Translations under genes and position numbers: made by a program | Notes under the pieces: generated by a model | Databases searched by the model: none | Seen by the model: the letters and a program-made list of their open reading frames with translations, nothing else | Told to the model about the DNA's origin: nothing | From: Acidobacteriota bacterium | Lineage (GTDB): Bacteria; Acidobacteriota; UBA6911; RPQK01; JAJDTT01 | Length of the DNA: 64,000 nucleotides | Assembly: GCA_965209055.1 (NCBI GenBank) | Contig: OZ242374.1 | Span: 3,904,001-3,968,000 of the forward strand | Direction of reading: 5' to 3' | Part shown: in pieces, positions 19,495-27,536 of the stretch | Numbering within the stretch: position 1 is the stretch's first letter | How the letters are laid out: each line of letters begins with the position of its first letter

Positions 19495-19765
19495 TCTGCT
19501 TTATCGTTCCCTCATCCGATCCCAGAGGGCCGGCCGCTTTCTCCCGCCGCCGATCCGCCGCCTCCGGACTCGCGAACCGCGCATGTAGGCAACCTGACCC
19601 AACTGGGCTTTGTCCCCTGGAGGCAGCGCCGGTAGAAGTCCTCGACCCTAACTAGCTGTTATTTCCCCTCTTCATGCTCCCACAAGTCTATGGAGACTAC
19701 CCCACTACCGTCTAGTTCGCCTTGGTGAGAGATAAGCCGCTGCTGCCCTGCAAGGACCGCGCTGC

Positions 19766-19954
19766 CTATTGGGGGAGGAAGGGAACCGAAGGCACAGATG
19801 GCTCGACAATGAGGACGCCCCGCGCCAGCCCGTAGTTGAGACGCGGCCACGCCTCCTCGATCTTCTTCAACTCGCTCAGCGACTTCTTGCGAAAGTCATA
19901 GACGGCCGCTTTGTCACCCGCCGTGGAGGGGTTCATCCCAAACTGGCGGTAGAT
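19766..19954 (-). pseudogene. C-terminal remnant of a plasmid RepA replication initiator
   Basis: IYRQFG...DFRKKSLSELKKIEEAWPRLNYGLARGVLIVEPS resembles the C-terminus of plasmid-encoded RepA proteins; no N-terminus. Confidence 0.55.
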
Positions 19955-19959
19955 TCCTC

Positions 19960-20079
19960 CGCCCGGTCTTCGCCCTGGAGGACTTGAACGCCTACGCCGA
20001 TTCTCTGGAGCCGTGGTACGATTCGCACCACGGCGAAGAACCCGGATCCAGAAAGGAGGAGATGCATGGGCATCTATAA
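19960..20079 (+). pseudogene. C-terminal remnant of an HTH excisionase-like protein
   Basis: RPVFALEDLNAYADSL...; the stop overlaps the integrase start, as in typical xis-int pairs. Confidence 0.4.
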
Positions 20080-21172
20080 GGTGAAGGATCGCCGGGGGAG
20101 ACGACGTTTCGTCGTCAGCAAGTACTGGCCGCATGGATCCGGTCGGCTCCGAATGTACGCCCCCAATTACCGGAGCGCGCAGGCGCTTCAAACACGAATC
20201 GAGTCCAGCATCCTGGACGGCACATGGAAGCAGCTCAAGCGGGAACTGGCCGGTGGGAACCGCACCGTCTGGACGGTCCGGAGCTTCTACGAGCGTTTCT
20301 TCGAGGAGTACTGCAAACCTCGCATGCGCTCCCGGCGTCGCTATGCGCTCTCGTTCAAGAGCCTCAACGCCGTGCTGGGGCACATTCCCCTGAAGGAGTT
20401 CCAACGCAAAGACCTGTACCGCTACGTCGCCAAGAGGAAGAAGCAAGTGCAGCCGGCCACGGTGAACCGGGACATTGCCGCCATCAGCAAACTGTTTTCC
20501 TTTGCGCTGGAGTGCGGAGAGGTGGACACGCACCCGCTGGTGAGATTCCCCAAACTCAAAGAACCCAAGAAGGTCTTCCGGCCATTGACGGTTCAACAGT
20601 TCCGCGACCTGGTCGAGGCGATGGACAACCCTTACCTGCAAGCCATGGTTTCGGTGATCGGCGAGACGGGGATACGGAAAGGCGAAGCGTTGTCGCTCAC
20701 CTGGAAACGGGTGGACCTATCCCGGAGGCTGCTATGGGTGGAATTCACCAAGAACGACGAGCCGAGGGAGATCCCGCTGTCGAAGTACGCCGCAGGATAC
20801 CTGACCGGGCTGGTTCGCTACCTGAGCACCCCATACGTCTTCGTCAACACCCGGACGGGGACGAAATGGGTGAATCCGGACAAGCCCTTGCGCCGGGCCG
20901 CCGATCGGTTGGGGTTGAAGGTCGGCTTTCACGACCTGAGACGATTCCGGTGCAGCCACTGGCTGATGCAGGGGGTGGACGTGAGGACGGTGCAGAAGCT
21001 GATGGGCCACTCCTCGATCAGCACGACGATGCGCTACGCAGGTTACGTCAGTTCTCATGCGCTTGCCAGCATACGGGAGGCACAGGCTACCGAAGACTCA
21101 CAAATGCTATCGGCAACAAACAGGCAACGGGCAGGAAATGGGAGGAACGATTTGAGAGGAGCATCGGGATAA
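20066..21172 (+). CDS. Tyrosine recombinase/integrase of the island
   Basis: PATVNRD, TGIRKGE (R), TKN (K), HDLRR (HxxR), LMGH, TMRY (Y); RBS AGGAGG. Confidence 0.95.
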   Translation: MGIYKVKDRRGRRRFVVSKYWPHGSGRLRMYAPNYRSAQALQTRIESSILDGTWKQLKRELAGGNRTVWTVRSFYERFFEEYCKPRMRSRRRYALSFKSLNAVLGHIPLKEFQRKDLYRYVAKRKKQVQPATVNRDIAAISKLFSFALECGEVDTHPLVRFPKLKEPKKVFRPLTVQQFRDLVEAMDNPYLQAMVSVIGETGIRKGEALSLTWKRVDLSRRLLWVEFTKNDEPREIPLSKYAAGYLTGLVRYLSTPYVFVNTRTGTKWVNPDKPLRRAADRLGLKVGFHDLRRFRCSHWLMQGVDVRTVQKLMGHSSISTTMRYAGYVSSHALASIREAQATEDSQMLSATNRQRAGNGRNDLRGASG

Positions 21173-21192
21173 CCTGTTGAAAGGAAAGGATC

Positions 21193-21224
21193 AGTCCCGT
21201 AGCTTAGCAGGACAGAGCGGCGGA
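21193..21224 (+). pseudogene. 5' half of a tRNA gene (Arg-like) within attR
   Basis: AGTCCCG-TA-GCTT-AGCAGGACA-GAGC-G-GCGGA matches the acceptor 5' strand, D arm and anticodon-stem 5' strand; there is no T arm. Confidence 0.6.
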
Positions 21225-21235
21225 CTAACAGTCCC
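21222..21235 (+). repeat. attR core (direct repeat)
   Basis: GGACTAACAGTCCC, identical to 155-168. Confidence 0.8.
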
Positions 21236-21240
21236 CCCTC

Positions 21241-22452
21241 CTATGGACCCAGGTTCCGCCACCAGCGCAGCTCCAGACCCCTCTCGTTCACCGCGACGAC
21301 GTCGGACCACCCGTTGCCGTCCATGTCGGCCACGATCACGGTGGCGCCCAGGATCCAGTGCTCCTTCAGCGGGTGCTTTTTCCAGGGATCTTTGGGATCT
21401 CCGGAATTCTCGAACCAGGCAATCTGCCCCTTCTGGCCGAAGCTGGTGGCCACCACGTCCAGATCGCCGTCCTTGTCCAGATCGTGGGGGACACCCTCGA
21501 AGCCGGACCAGAAACCTTCCTGGATGTTGTGCATGCGCCAGCGGTGACCCCGGCCCGGTTTGCCGGTGTTCTCGTACCAGACCAGGTAGTGGCGCTCCGG
21601 AGCATCTCTCCCCAGCAGCCCGCCCGCCATGATCAGATCCAGGTCGCCGTCCCGGTCGAGGTCGACAGGCGTGCCATGCATGGGCAGATGGCGGAGGCTG
21701 ATGACGTGCCGCCGCCAGGGACCGGCGGCCGGATGACCGCTGTTCTCGTACCAGAGGACCATGCCGGCCACGCGGGCCGAACCCACCAGGTCGATCAGGC
21801 CGTCTCCGTTGAAGTCGCCCGCGCGGATCATCCGGGTCTCGAACCGCCCTTCGTCCACGACGTGGGCGGGCCACTCTTCGTGCTGCCACGGACCGGGATT
21901 CCGATACCAGGTAAACTTGTTCCCGAGCCGCCAACTGGAAGCCGCTACGTCCGGGCGGCCGTCCCCGTCCAGATCGGCCACGTCCACGTCGTAGGCCCCC
22001 ATGAGGCCGCCGCTGGTGATGGAGTGTCTTTTCCACGATTCGGTCTGTGCCGGGTTGCCCGGATTCTCGAACCAGAAGACGTCGCCGTAAAAATTGTCGA
22101 TCCCGACCAGATCGATATGCCCGTCCTGGTTGATGTCCGCCAGCCGGTGCCGTTCGTAACGGCCTTGCCAGTCCTCGTTGGCGATGTAATGGCGCCGGAA
22201 CTTGCCGGACCCGTCGTTCTCGTACCAATAGAAGGCGTTGTGGATGCGGGATCCCTTGGTCCCGCAATCGGAGCTGGAAAGATCCAGGTCGCCGTCGCCG
22301 TCCAGGTCGGCCGCGGCCACGGCATAGGCGTAGGTGTAGTCGTTGGAGATGAGGTGTTCCTCGAACTTCAGGTCCTTCGCCTGGAGGGCCAGGCTCGCGG
22401 TGGCGAGTCCGAGAAAAATTCCATAGGAACTCCGATATCCGGTCCAGTTCAT
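21241..22452 (-). CDS. Secreted FG-GAP/VCBS repeat protein
   Basis: Seven DxDGDGxxD-type repeats with WYEN motifs; signal peptide; start ATG 22452 after GGGAGG. Confidence 0.9.
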   Translation of the reverse strand: MNWTGYRSSYGIFLGLATASLALQAKDLKFEEHLISNDYTYAYAVAAADLDGDGDLDLSSSDCGTKGSRIHNAFYWYENDGSGKFRRHYIANEDWQGRYERHRLADINQDGHIDLVGIDNFYGDVFWFENPGNPAQTESWKRHSITSGGLMGAYDVDVADLDGDGRPDVAASSWRLGNKFTWYRNPGPWQHEEWPAHVVDEGRFETRMIRAGDFNGDGLIDLVGSARVAGMVLWYENSGHPAAGPWRRHVISLRHLPMHGTPVDLDRDGDLDLIMAGGLLGRDAPERHYLVWYENTGKPGRGHRWRMHNIQEGFWSGFEGVPHDLDKDGDLDVVATSFGQKGQIAWFENSGDPKDPWKKHPLKEHWILGATVIVADMDGNGWSDVVAVNERGLELRWWRNLGP

Positions 22453-22627
22453 GGCGCCTCCCGTTGTCTTGCAGCTAACCCGGATTATCGTCCGGATCGC
22501 TGAGCACATGATGCAAGAGATCATCTCAAGTCTGAAGTTTGAATCAAGTATTTCGACGAACGAATGCAACTTTCGCCGGCCTTCGGGGTTTCCTATATGA
22601 CGATGATTCCGCAGACGCCGGAGCAAT

Positions 22628-23170
22628 ATGGTCGACAACAGCGCGTTTGAGACGTTCGTCTACGAGCACCAGGATCGGGTCTTCGGCATCGCCGTGCGGT
22701 TGCTGGGGAACGAGACCGAAGCCGAAGACGTGTCCCAGACGGTGTTTCTGAGGGCGTTCGAACACTTCGACCGGCTGGGCGACAACCCCGCTGCGGGAGG
22801 TTGGCTGCGAACCGTGACCACGAACCTGTGCCTGAACCATCTCTCCCGGTATCGGGCTCGCTGGCGATTGTTCAGTCAGCGTTCGACCGCCGGAGCGGCG
22901 GCCGGACGGAGTTACGAAGAGAGGATGGTGGCGCCGGGATCGCAGGCCGAAGACTTGGAACGTGCCGGCGAGCAGGCGCGGTTGGAGCAGGGAATTCGTG
23001 GGTTGCCGCCTCACCAGCGGGTGCCTCTGGTGCTGTTTCATTTCGAGGATCGAAGCTATAAGGAAATCGCCGGAATCCTGGACGTTACCCTGGCCAAGGT
23101 CAAGACCGACATTCACCGGGGCCGCCAGGCTCTCCGCCGCTTGATGGAGACGGATGATGAAGCACGATGA
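22628..23170 (+). CDS. ECF sigma-70 factor
   Basis: AEDVSQTVFLRA, WLRTVTTNLCLN, LPPHQR...SYKEIA...VKTDIHRGR. Confidence 0.92.
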   Translation: MVDNSAFETFVYEHQDRVFGIAVRLLGNETEAEDVSQTVFLRAFEHFDRLGDNPAAGGWLRTVTTNLCLNHLSRYRARWRLFSQRSTAGAAAGRSYEERMVAPGSQAEDLERAGEQARLEQGIRGLPPHQRVPLVLFHFEDRSYKEIAGILDVTLAKVKTDIHRGRQALRRLMETDDEAR

Positions 23171-23609
23171 TTTGGAGTCCCTGACCCATCGAAGGCTGGC
23201 CGAACTCCAGCCGCCGCGGGCGCCGCGAACGCTCGCTCCGCGGGTGATGGCTCAGATTCGGAGACGGCAGCAGAGCCCTTGGTATGGCCAACCCTGGATC
23301 GCATGGCCGTGGGTGTGCCAAGTGGTGTCGGTTACCTTTCTCTTGGGACTCTCCGGTTTGGCTTGGTACTTGCTGAATTGGAGGGCTGGCGTTTCCGATG
23401 TTTTGGGGGCCGGAGGAGTGGAGACCAGCATAGTGGCCGTCACCGATGCGGTTGTCACGCTGGCGGAGAGTGCGCGCGTCCTGCAGCGTGTGATTCTGGA
23501 ACCGGTTGCCGGACATCTCATGTTCGTGATGGCATTTTTGGGTATGGCGAGCGCGTTGCTCTGTGCGGCGCTGGCTCGTTTGCTCCAGGAAAGGGAGGCT
23601 GGACGATGA
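23154..23609 (+). CDS. Putative membrane anti-sigma factor
   Basis: Overlaps the sigma gene; APRTLAPRVM motif followed by two TM helices. Confidence 0.65.
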   Translation: MMKHDDLESLTHRRLAELQPPRAPRTLAPRVMAQIRRRQQSPWYGQPWIAWPWVCQVVSVTFLLGLSGLAWYLLNWRAGVSDVLGAGGVETSIVAVTDAVVTLAESARVLQRVILEPVAGHLMFVMAFLGMASALLCAALARLLQEREAGR

Positions 23610-25084
23610 AGATCGCTTGGGGAGTTTCGGGACTTATGGTGGTGGCGCTGGTGGGTTTTTCTGCTGGCTGTGGCGACGATTCCGGCGGCCCTGATTCGCC
23701 GCCGATTCCAGGGGTGCTCGAGATCGGCGGTGATGACGGTGAGGTCGTCAAGATCGGAGGGAACTACGTTCTCCGAAGCGACCAGGAGGTCGGAGAGCTC
23801 GTCGTGATCTCAGGTATGGCGCGGATCGAAGGGACGGTCAGAGATGAAATGGTGGTCATTGCCGGCGGAGCGACGCTCGCCGGCAGCGCCCGCGTCCAAG
23901 GCGACGCCGTGGTCTTGGGAGGAACGGTCAGGGTGGAGGAAGGAGCCACCGTAGAAGGAGATTTGGTGGTTCTCGGCGGCGGTGTGGATGTGCCCCCGAA
24001 CTTCGAACCGGGTGGGGAGCAGGTCTCTGTCGGGACGATCCCAGCGGGCGGGATATTGGCAGAATTGATTCCCTGGTTCACCCACGGACTGTTGATTGGC
24101 CGCCCGATCGTGCCGAGTCTTCTCTGGATCTGGGTTGTGGTCGGGGTTCTGGCAGTCTTGTACCTGCTGATCAATTTTATTTTCCCGGGTCCGGTCCACG
24201 CCTGCGCACAGGCTCTGGAGGACAAACCGCTGAGTGTGGGTCTGGTGGGAATGTTGGTGGTGCTGCTGATCGCGCCGGTCTCGCTGATGCTGACAGTGAC
24301 CGTCATCGGGCTGGTGCTGATCCCATTCCTTTGGGTCTTGCTTCTGGTCGCCGGCCTCGTCGGTAGCGTAGCCGTTGCCCGCTGGATCGGAGCCCGAATT
24401 CTGGCCGAGGAATCTCCGGAGAACCGGGTCGAGGCGGCGCGGTCGCTGCTTATCGGATTTGCCTTGATCACTCTGGTCTACATGGTTCCGGTTCTCGGCT
24501 TCGTGGCATGGTCCGTGTTGGGCGTGTTGGCGTTGGGCGCTGCGGCAACCGAATCCTTTGCAGGGTTGCGGAAAGAGCATCCGGCTGCTCCGTCTCCGCC
24601 CGCGCCGCCCCCGGCTCCTACCGACATTGAACCGGCGGGTGCCGGAGCCTTGGAATCCCCGGAAATTACGCCACTCCCAGACGAACCCGCGCCGGCGGTA
24701 GACCTCTCGGCGTTTCCCCGTGCGAGATTTCTTGCCCGGGTCGGAGCGCTCCTGATCGATCTCGCCATGGTGGCCTTCGTCACGTACCTACTGGAGATAC
24801 ATGGTGGGAAGACGATTCTGCTTTTGCTGATCTACCGCATCGCTCACTGGAGTTTGAGGGGAACGACTGTCGGCGGCATCATCTGCCGGTTGCGCGTCGT
24901 GCGCACCGATGGAGCACCGATCCGCTTCGCCGAGGCGGCGGTGCGCGGACTCGCCACCATTCTTTCGACGTTGGTCGTGGGACTGGGTTGGCTCTGGATT
25001 CTCTGGGATGCGGAGCGTCAGGCATGGCACGACAAAATTGCGGGAACCGTCGTGGTCCGGGTCCCGTCCGATTGGCCCAGTTAG
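23606..25084 (+). CDS. Bactofilin-like repeat and RDD domain membrane protein
   Basis: Lipobox-like start; VxGDxVVxGG repeats; TM bundle; C-terminal RDD (RVGALLID...QAWHDKIAGTVVV); ATGA coupling. Confidence 0.8.
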   Translation: MKIAWGVSGLMVVALVGFSAGCGDDSGGPDSPPIPGVLEIGGDDGEVVKIGGNYVLRSDQEVGELVVISGMARIEGTVRDEMVVIAGGATLAGSARVQGDAVVLGGTVRVEEGATVEGDLVVLGGGVDVPPNFEPGGEQVSVGTIPAGGILAELIPWFTHGLLIGRPIVPSLLWIWVVVGVLAVLYLLINFIFPGPVHACAQALEDKPLSVGLVGMLVVLLIAPVSLMLTVTVIGLVLIPFLWVLLLVAGLVGSVAVARWIGARILAEESPENRVEAARSLLIGFALITLVYMVPVLGFVAWSVLGVLALGAAATESFAGLRKEHPAAPSPPAPPPAPTDIEPAGAGALESPEITPLPDEPAPAVDLSAFPRARFLARVGALLIDLAMVAFVTYLLEIHGGKTILLLLIYRIAHWSLRGTTVGGIICRLRVVRTDGAPIRFAEAAVRGLATILSTLVVGLGWLWILWDAERQAWHDKIAGTVVVRVPSDWPS

Positions 25085-25109
25085 AAACTGAAGTGATACC
25101 AACCAACTC

Positions 25110-25140
25110 TCCGGAATCGGACAACCTGTCCGATTCCGGA
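25110..25140. terminator. Perfect 14-bp stem hairpin after the RDD operon
   Basis: TCCGGAATCGGACA-ACC-TGTCCGATTCCGGA; no U-tract. Confidence 0.45.
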
Positions 25141-25262
25141 CACCTGAGACCGACTGAATATTGGGTCAGGCATTCCGGCGCTCATCGTCTTCTTGTTCCC
25201 GAACAGCTGACGTGAATTCATGAACGGTATGTCATGGTAGAGTTAATGGTAGAATATATGCC

Positions 25263-25535
25263 ATGAATTCAACCATAGATAAAGCTGGTCGCATCGTGAT
25301 TCCCAAGGCGATTCGAGACGCGGCCCGGCTGAAGCCGGGTACGAGGGTCGGCTTTCGGGTCATTTCCGGACGTGTGGAGATTGAGCCGGTTCCGCTTGAA
25401 GTTACGCTTGAGCAACGCGGCCCACTAGTTGTCGCCGTTCCAAGTCAGCAGCAGCCAGTCTTGAAGGCGTCCACGGTCGAGCGCACGATAGATGTGGTCC
25501 GTGATCGCGGAACCGCGAAGGGGGCTCCTGATTGA
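25263..25535 (+). CDS. vapB: AbrB/MazE-type antitoxin (VapB)
   Basis: TIDKAGRIVIPKAIRD...LKPG. Confidence 0.88.
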   Translation: MNSTIDKAGRIVIPKAIRDAARLKPGTRVGFRVISGRVEIEPVPLEVTLEQRGPLVVAVPSQQQPVLKASTVERTIDVVRDRGTAKGAPD

Positions 25536-25963
25536 GCCGGTATCTATGCGACACCAGTTGTCTCGTCGCAGCGGTCTGCACCTGGCACGAACACCATGCC
25601 CGCACCCGTGCCGAGATACAGAGCCGCAGCCGCGATCATGAAGACATGGTTCTTGCATCCCATTCTCTCGCGGAAACTTATGCTGTCCTCACCCGGCTCC
25701 CTCCTCCCTATCGATTAAGAGCCGACGACGCACTTTCCTTGATTGAGATGAATTGGGGTGGCGCACCCGTCGTGCACCTGACGGCCTCTGACACATGGCG
25801 GGCGTTGCGAGAAGCGCCGCGACTCGGAATCTTTGGCGGACAGACGTACGACGCGCTCATTGCGGCTGCTGCGATCAAGGCCGAGGCGTCGGTGTTACTT
25901 ACCTGGAACCTGCGTAACTTCTCCCAGTTTTCGGGGAGAATCAGCATCCGTGCGCCCGTTTGA
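25532..25963 (+). CDS. vapC: PIN-domain toxin (VapC)
   Basis: DTSCL, LAETYAVLTR, YDALIA, TWNLRNF; overlaps the antitoxin. Confidence 0.88.
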   Translation: MSRYLCDTSCLVAAVCTWHEHHARTRAEIQSRSRDHEDMVLASHSLAETYAVLTRLPPPYRLRADDALSLIEMNWGGAPVVHLTASDTWRALREAPRLGIFGGQTYDALIAAAAIKAEASVLLTWNLRNFSQFSGRISIRAPV

Positions 25964-26047
25964 AATGTCTCCCCATAGCCCAACCGAACTACTTGCCTGA
26001 AACTGCCGATTGGCGGCTGCTTGAGCGGCGGGTCGGCCGGCTCGTTC

Positions 26048-27418
26048 TCACGACTGCGAAGTCCCGGGTGATTCCGGAGGTCCGGAACCTGTCCTGTACC
26101 AGTCCACGCGCCGGGTGGCATACATGATGGCCGCCAGGATGCCGAAGAGGCCGAGGGAACCGATAAGCAGGGCGAAGTCCTCGTTCGTGAGGAGGACGTA
26201 CAGGTAGACGTAAAGGGAGGCGACGCCGGCGGCGAGAAGCAATGCGAGCCGCAAGCGGCGCAGCAACGCCGCCGAGTACGCGGCTACCAACGCGATGATC
26301 GAAATGCTGGCCAGGGAGTAGGCAAGTGGGAAGCCGATGTGCTCGGACAGCGAGAGCTCCAGAAGGTAGAAGAGGCAGAGAGCTCCTCCCAGCATGAGGT
26401 ATTGGATCGGATGGACGCGAACGCCTACCAGGACTTCGATCAGCCAGACGAAGGCGAAAGGGAGGAGGGCAAAGAGGAAGGCGTACTTTAGGCTGCGTTC
26501 CGCCATACGGTAGTGATCGACCGGATGGACCAGCTCCACACCGAAACGTGAGCCGTCGACGGATTCATTCATCCTGTCCTCAGCCCTCCACGCCTGCGGA
26601 TAGTTTCGGCCCAGAGACGGGATCGACCACTTGGCCTGAAAGTCCGAGGCCGACACGGAGCGCTCGGCTGGGAGCCAATTTCCCTGAAAGCTGGGATGGC
26701 CGTAATCCGACCGGAGTTCGACGACAGTCTGCTGTCCGAAGGGAGTGAGGTAGAGACCGAGGCTGCCATTCAGGGAGAGCGGAAAAGAGAATCTGAACCG
26801 CTCAGTTGCGTCCGCTGCTCCGACCACCGCGTGGATCCCCGCGACCCCGCCCAGGAAGGCTCCGGTTCCCGGAAGGAAAGACGCGGGCCGGCCATTCCAC
26901 GATACGGAGGTCTCTTCCTGGATTGCGCGCGCGTCCGATATTCCGACGGCCAGATAGGCTCGATCCCAGTGGACCGCCTCGGGCTCGACATCGAACTCGG
27001 CGAAGCCGGGACGTGCAAACTCGCCCTCGACCGTCAGGCTGACGCGGTAGACCGGGATTGAGAAGATCCCCCGAAAGCGGGTCTCGGTGTCGATGGAGCC
27101 GCGAGAGTGGAGGCGCTCGGGGAGGAATACGGCGTGTCGGACCTCGGCTCGGGTGACTTCCTGGCCGCCGGTTGCGACCTCGGTCCAACGATGAGTGTAG
27201 GGCACGACCAGCGCCGGACCGGTGATGATCTGGTCGTTTCCCCACTTTGACGAAACCTCGGCCACCGCCTCCCGGCGCCTCTCCTGGCGCTCCGAGACCA
27301 GCTCCGCGATCATCTCGATGGGAATCTGAAGCAGTAAGGCCAGGAACCCGACCAGGAGGAGGCGCAGCATCTGCGAGCTTCGAAGCGAAGATGTCAACCG
27401 CTCGAGAGAATCTTGCAT
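26048..27418 (-). CDS. creD: Inner membrane protein CreD
   Basis: ER..R..EV..KWG.QIITGP, PSFQG.WLP, ERSLKY, VHPIQY, LSLSEHIGF, EDFALLIGS, TRRVDWY. Confidence 0.92.
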   Translation of the reverse strand: MQDSLERLTSSLRSSQMLRLLLVGFLALLLQIPIEMIAELVSERQERRREAVAEVSSKWGNDQIITGPALVVPYTHRWTEVATGGQEVTRAEVRHAVFLPERLHSRGSIDTETRFRGIFSIPVYRVSLTVEGEFARPGFAEFDVEPEAVHWDRAYLAVGISDARAIQEETSVSWNGRPASFLPGTGAFLGGVAGIHAVVGAADATERFRFSFPLSLNGSLGLYLTPFGQQTVVELRSDYGHPSFQGNWLPAERSVSASDFQAKWSIPSLGRNYPQAWRAEDRMNESVDGSRFGVELVHPVDHYRMAERSLKYAFLFALLPFAFVWLIEVLVGVRVHPIQYLMLGGALCLFYLLELSLSEHIGFPLAYSLASISIIALVAAYSAALLRRLRLALLLAAGVASLYVYLYVLLTNEDFALLIGSLGLFGILAAIMYATRRVDWYRTGSGPPESPGTSQS

Positions 27419-27536
27419 CGAGTGCGCTCCATCGATTGGGAGATTCCCGAAACATAGCAGGAACACGGGTTCCTTGTAACCGATCCGGTTTTCATCGGAC
27501 AATCTGTTCGAAATCGAAAACTGGAGATGGATCCCC

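Larger units (their letters stand above)
155..21235. mobile_element. Integrative genomic island (~21 kb) carrying type I-G CRISPR-Cas
   Basis: 14-bp direct repeat GGACTAACAGTCCC at 155-168 and 21222-21235; tyrosine integrase next to the right repeat; matching arm-type motif at 277-293 and 21112-21128; cargo of pseudogenes and orphan ORFs. Confidence 0.8.

Noticed and set aside
16800-19600. Integron cassette array
   Set aside because: No attC-like RYYYAAC...GTTRRRY structures were recognised, and neither integrase shows the IntI-specific insertion.
4518-21172. CRISPR-associated transposon or RNA-guided integration
   Set aside because: Cas3 helicase and HD motifs and the adaptation genes are intact; there are no tnsABC/tniQ genes; by eye no spacer matches the att site.
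21193-21270. Functional tRNA gene
   Set aside because: Only the 5' half is present; there is no TTC-containing T arm or 3' acceptor strand.
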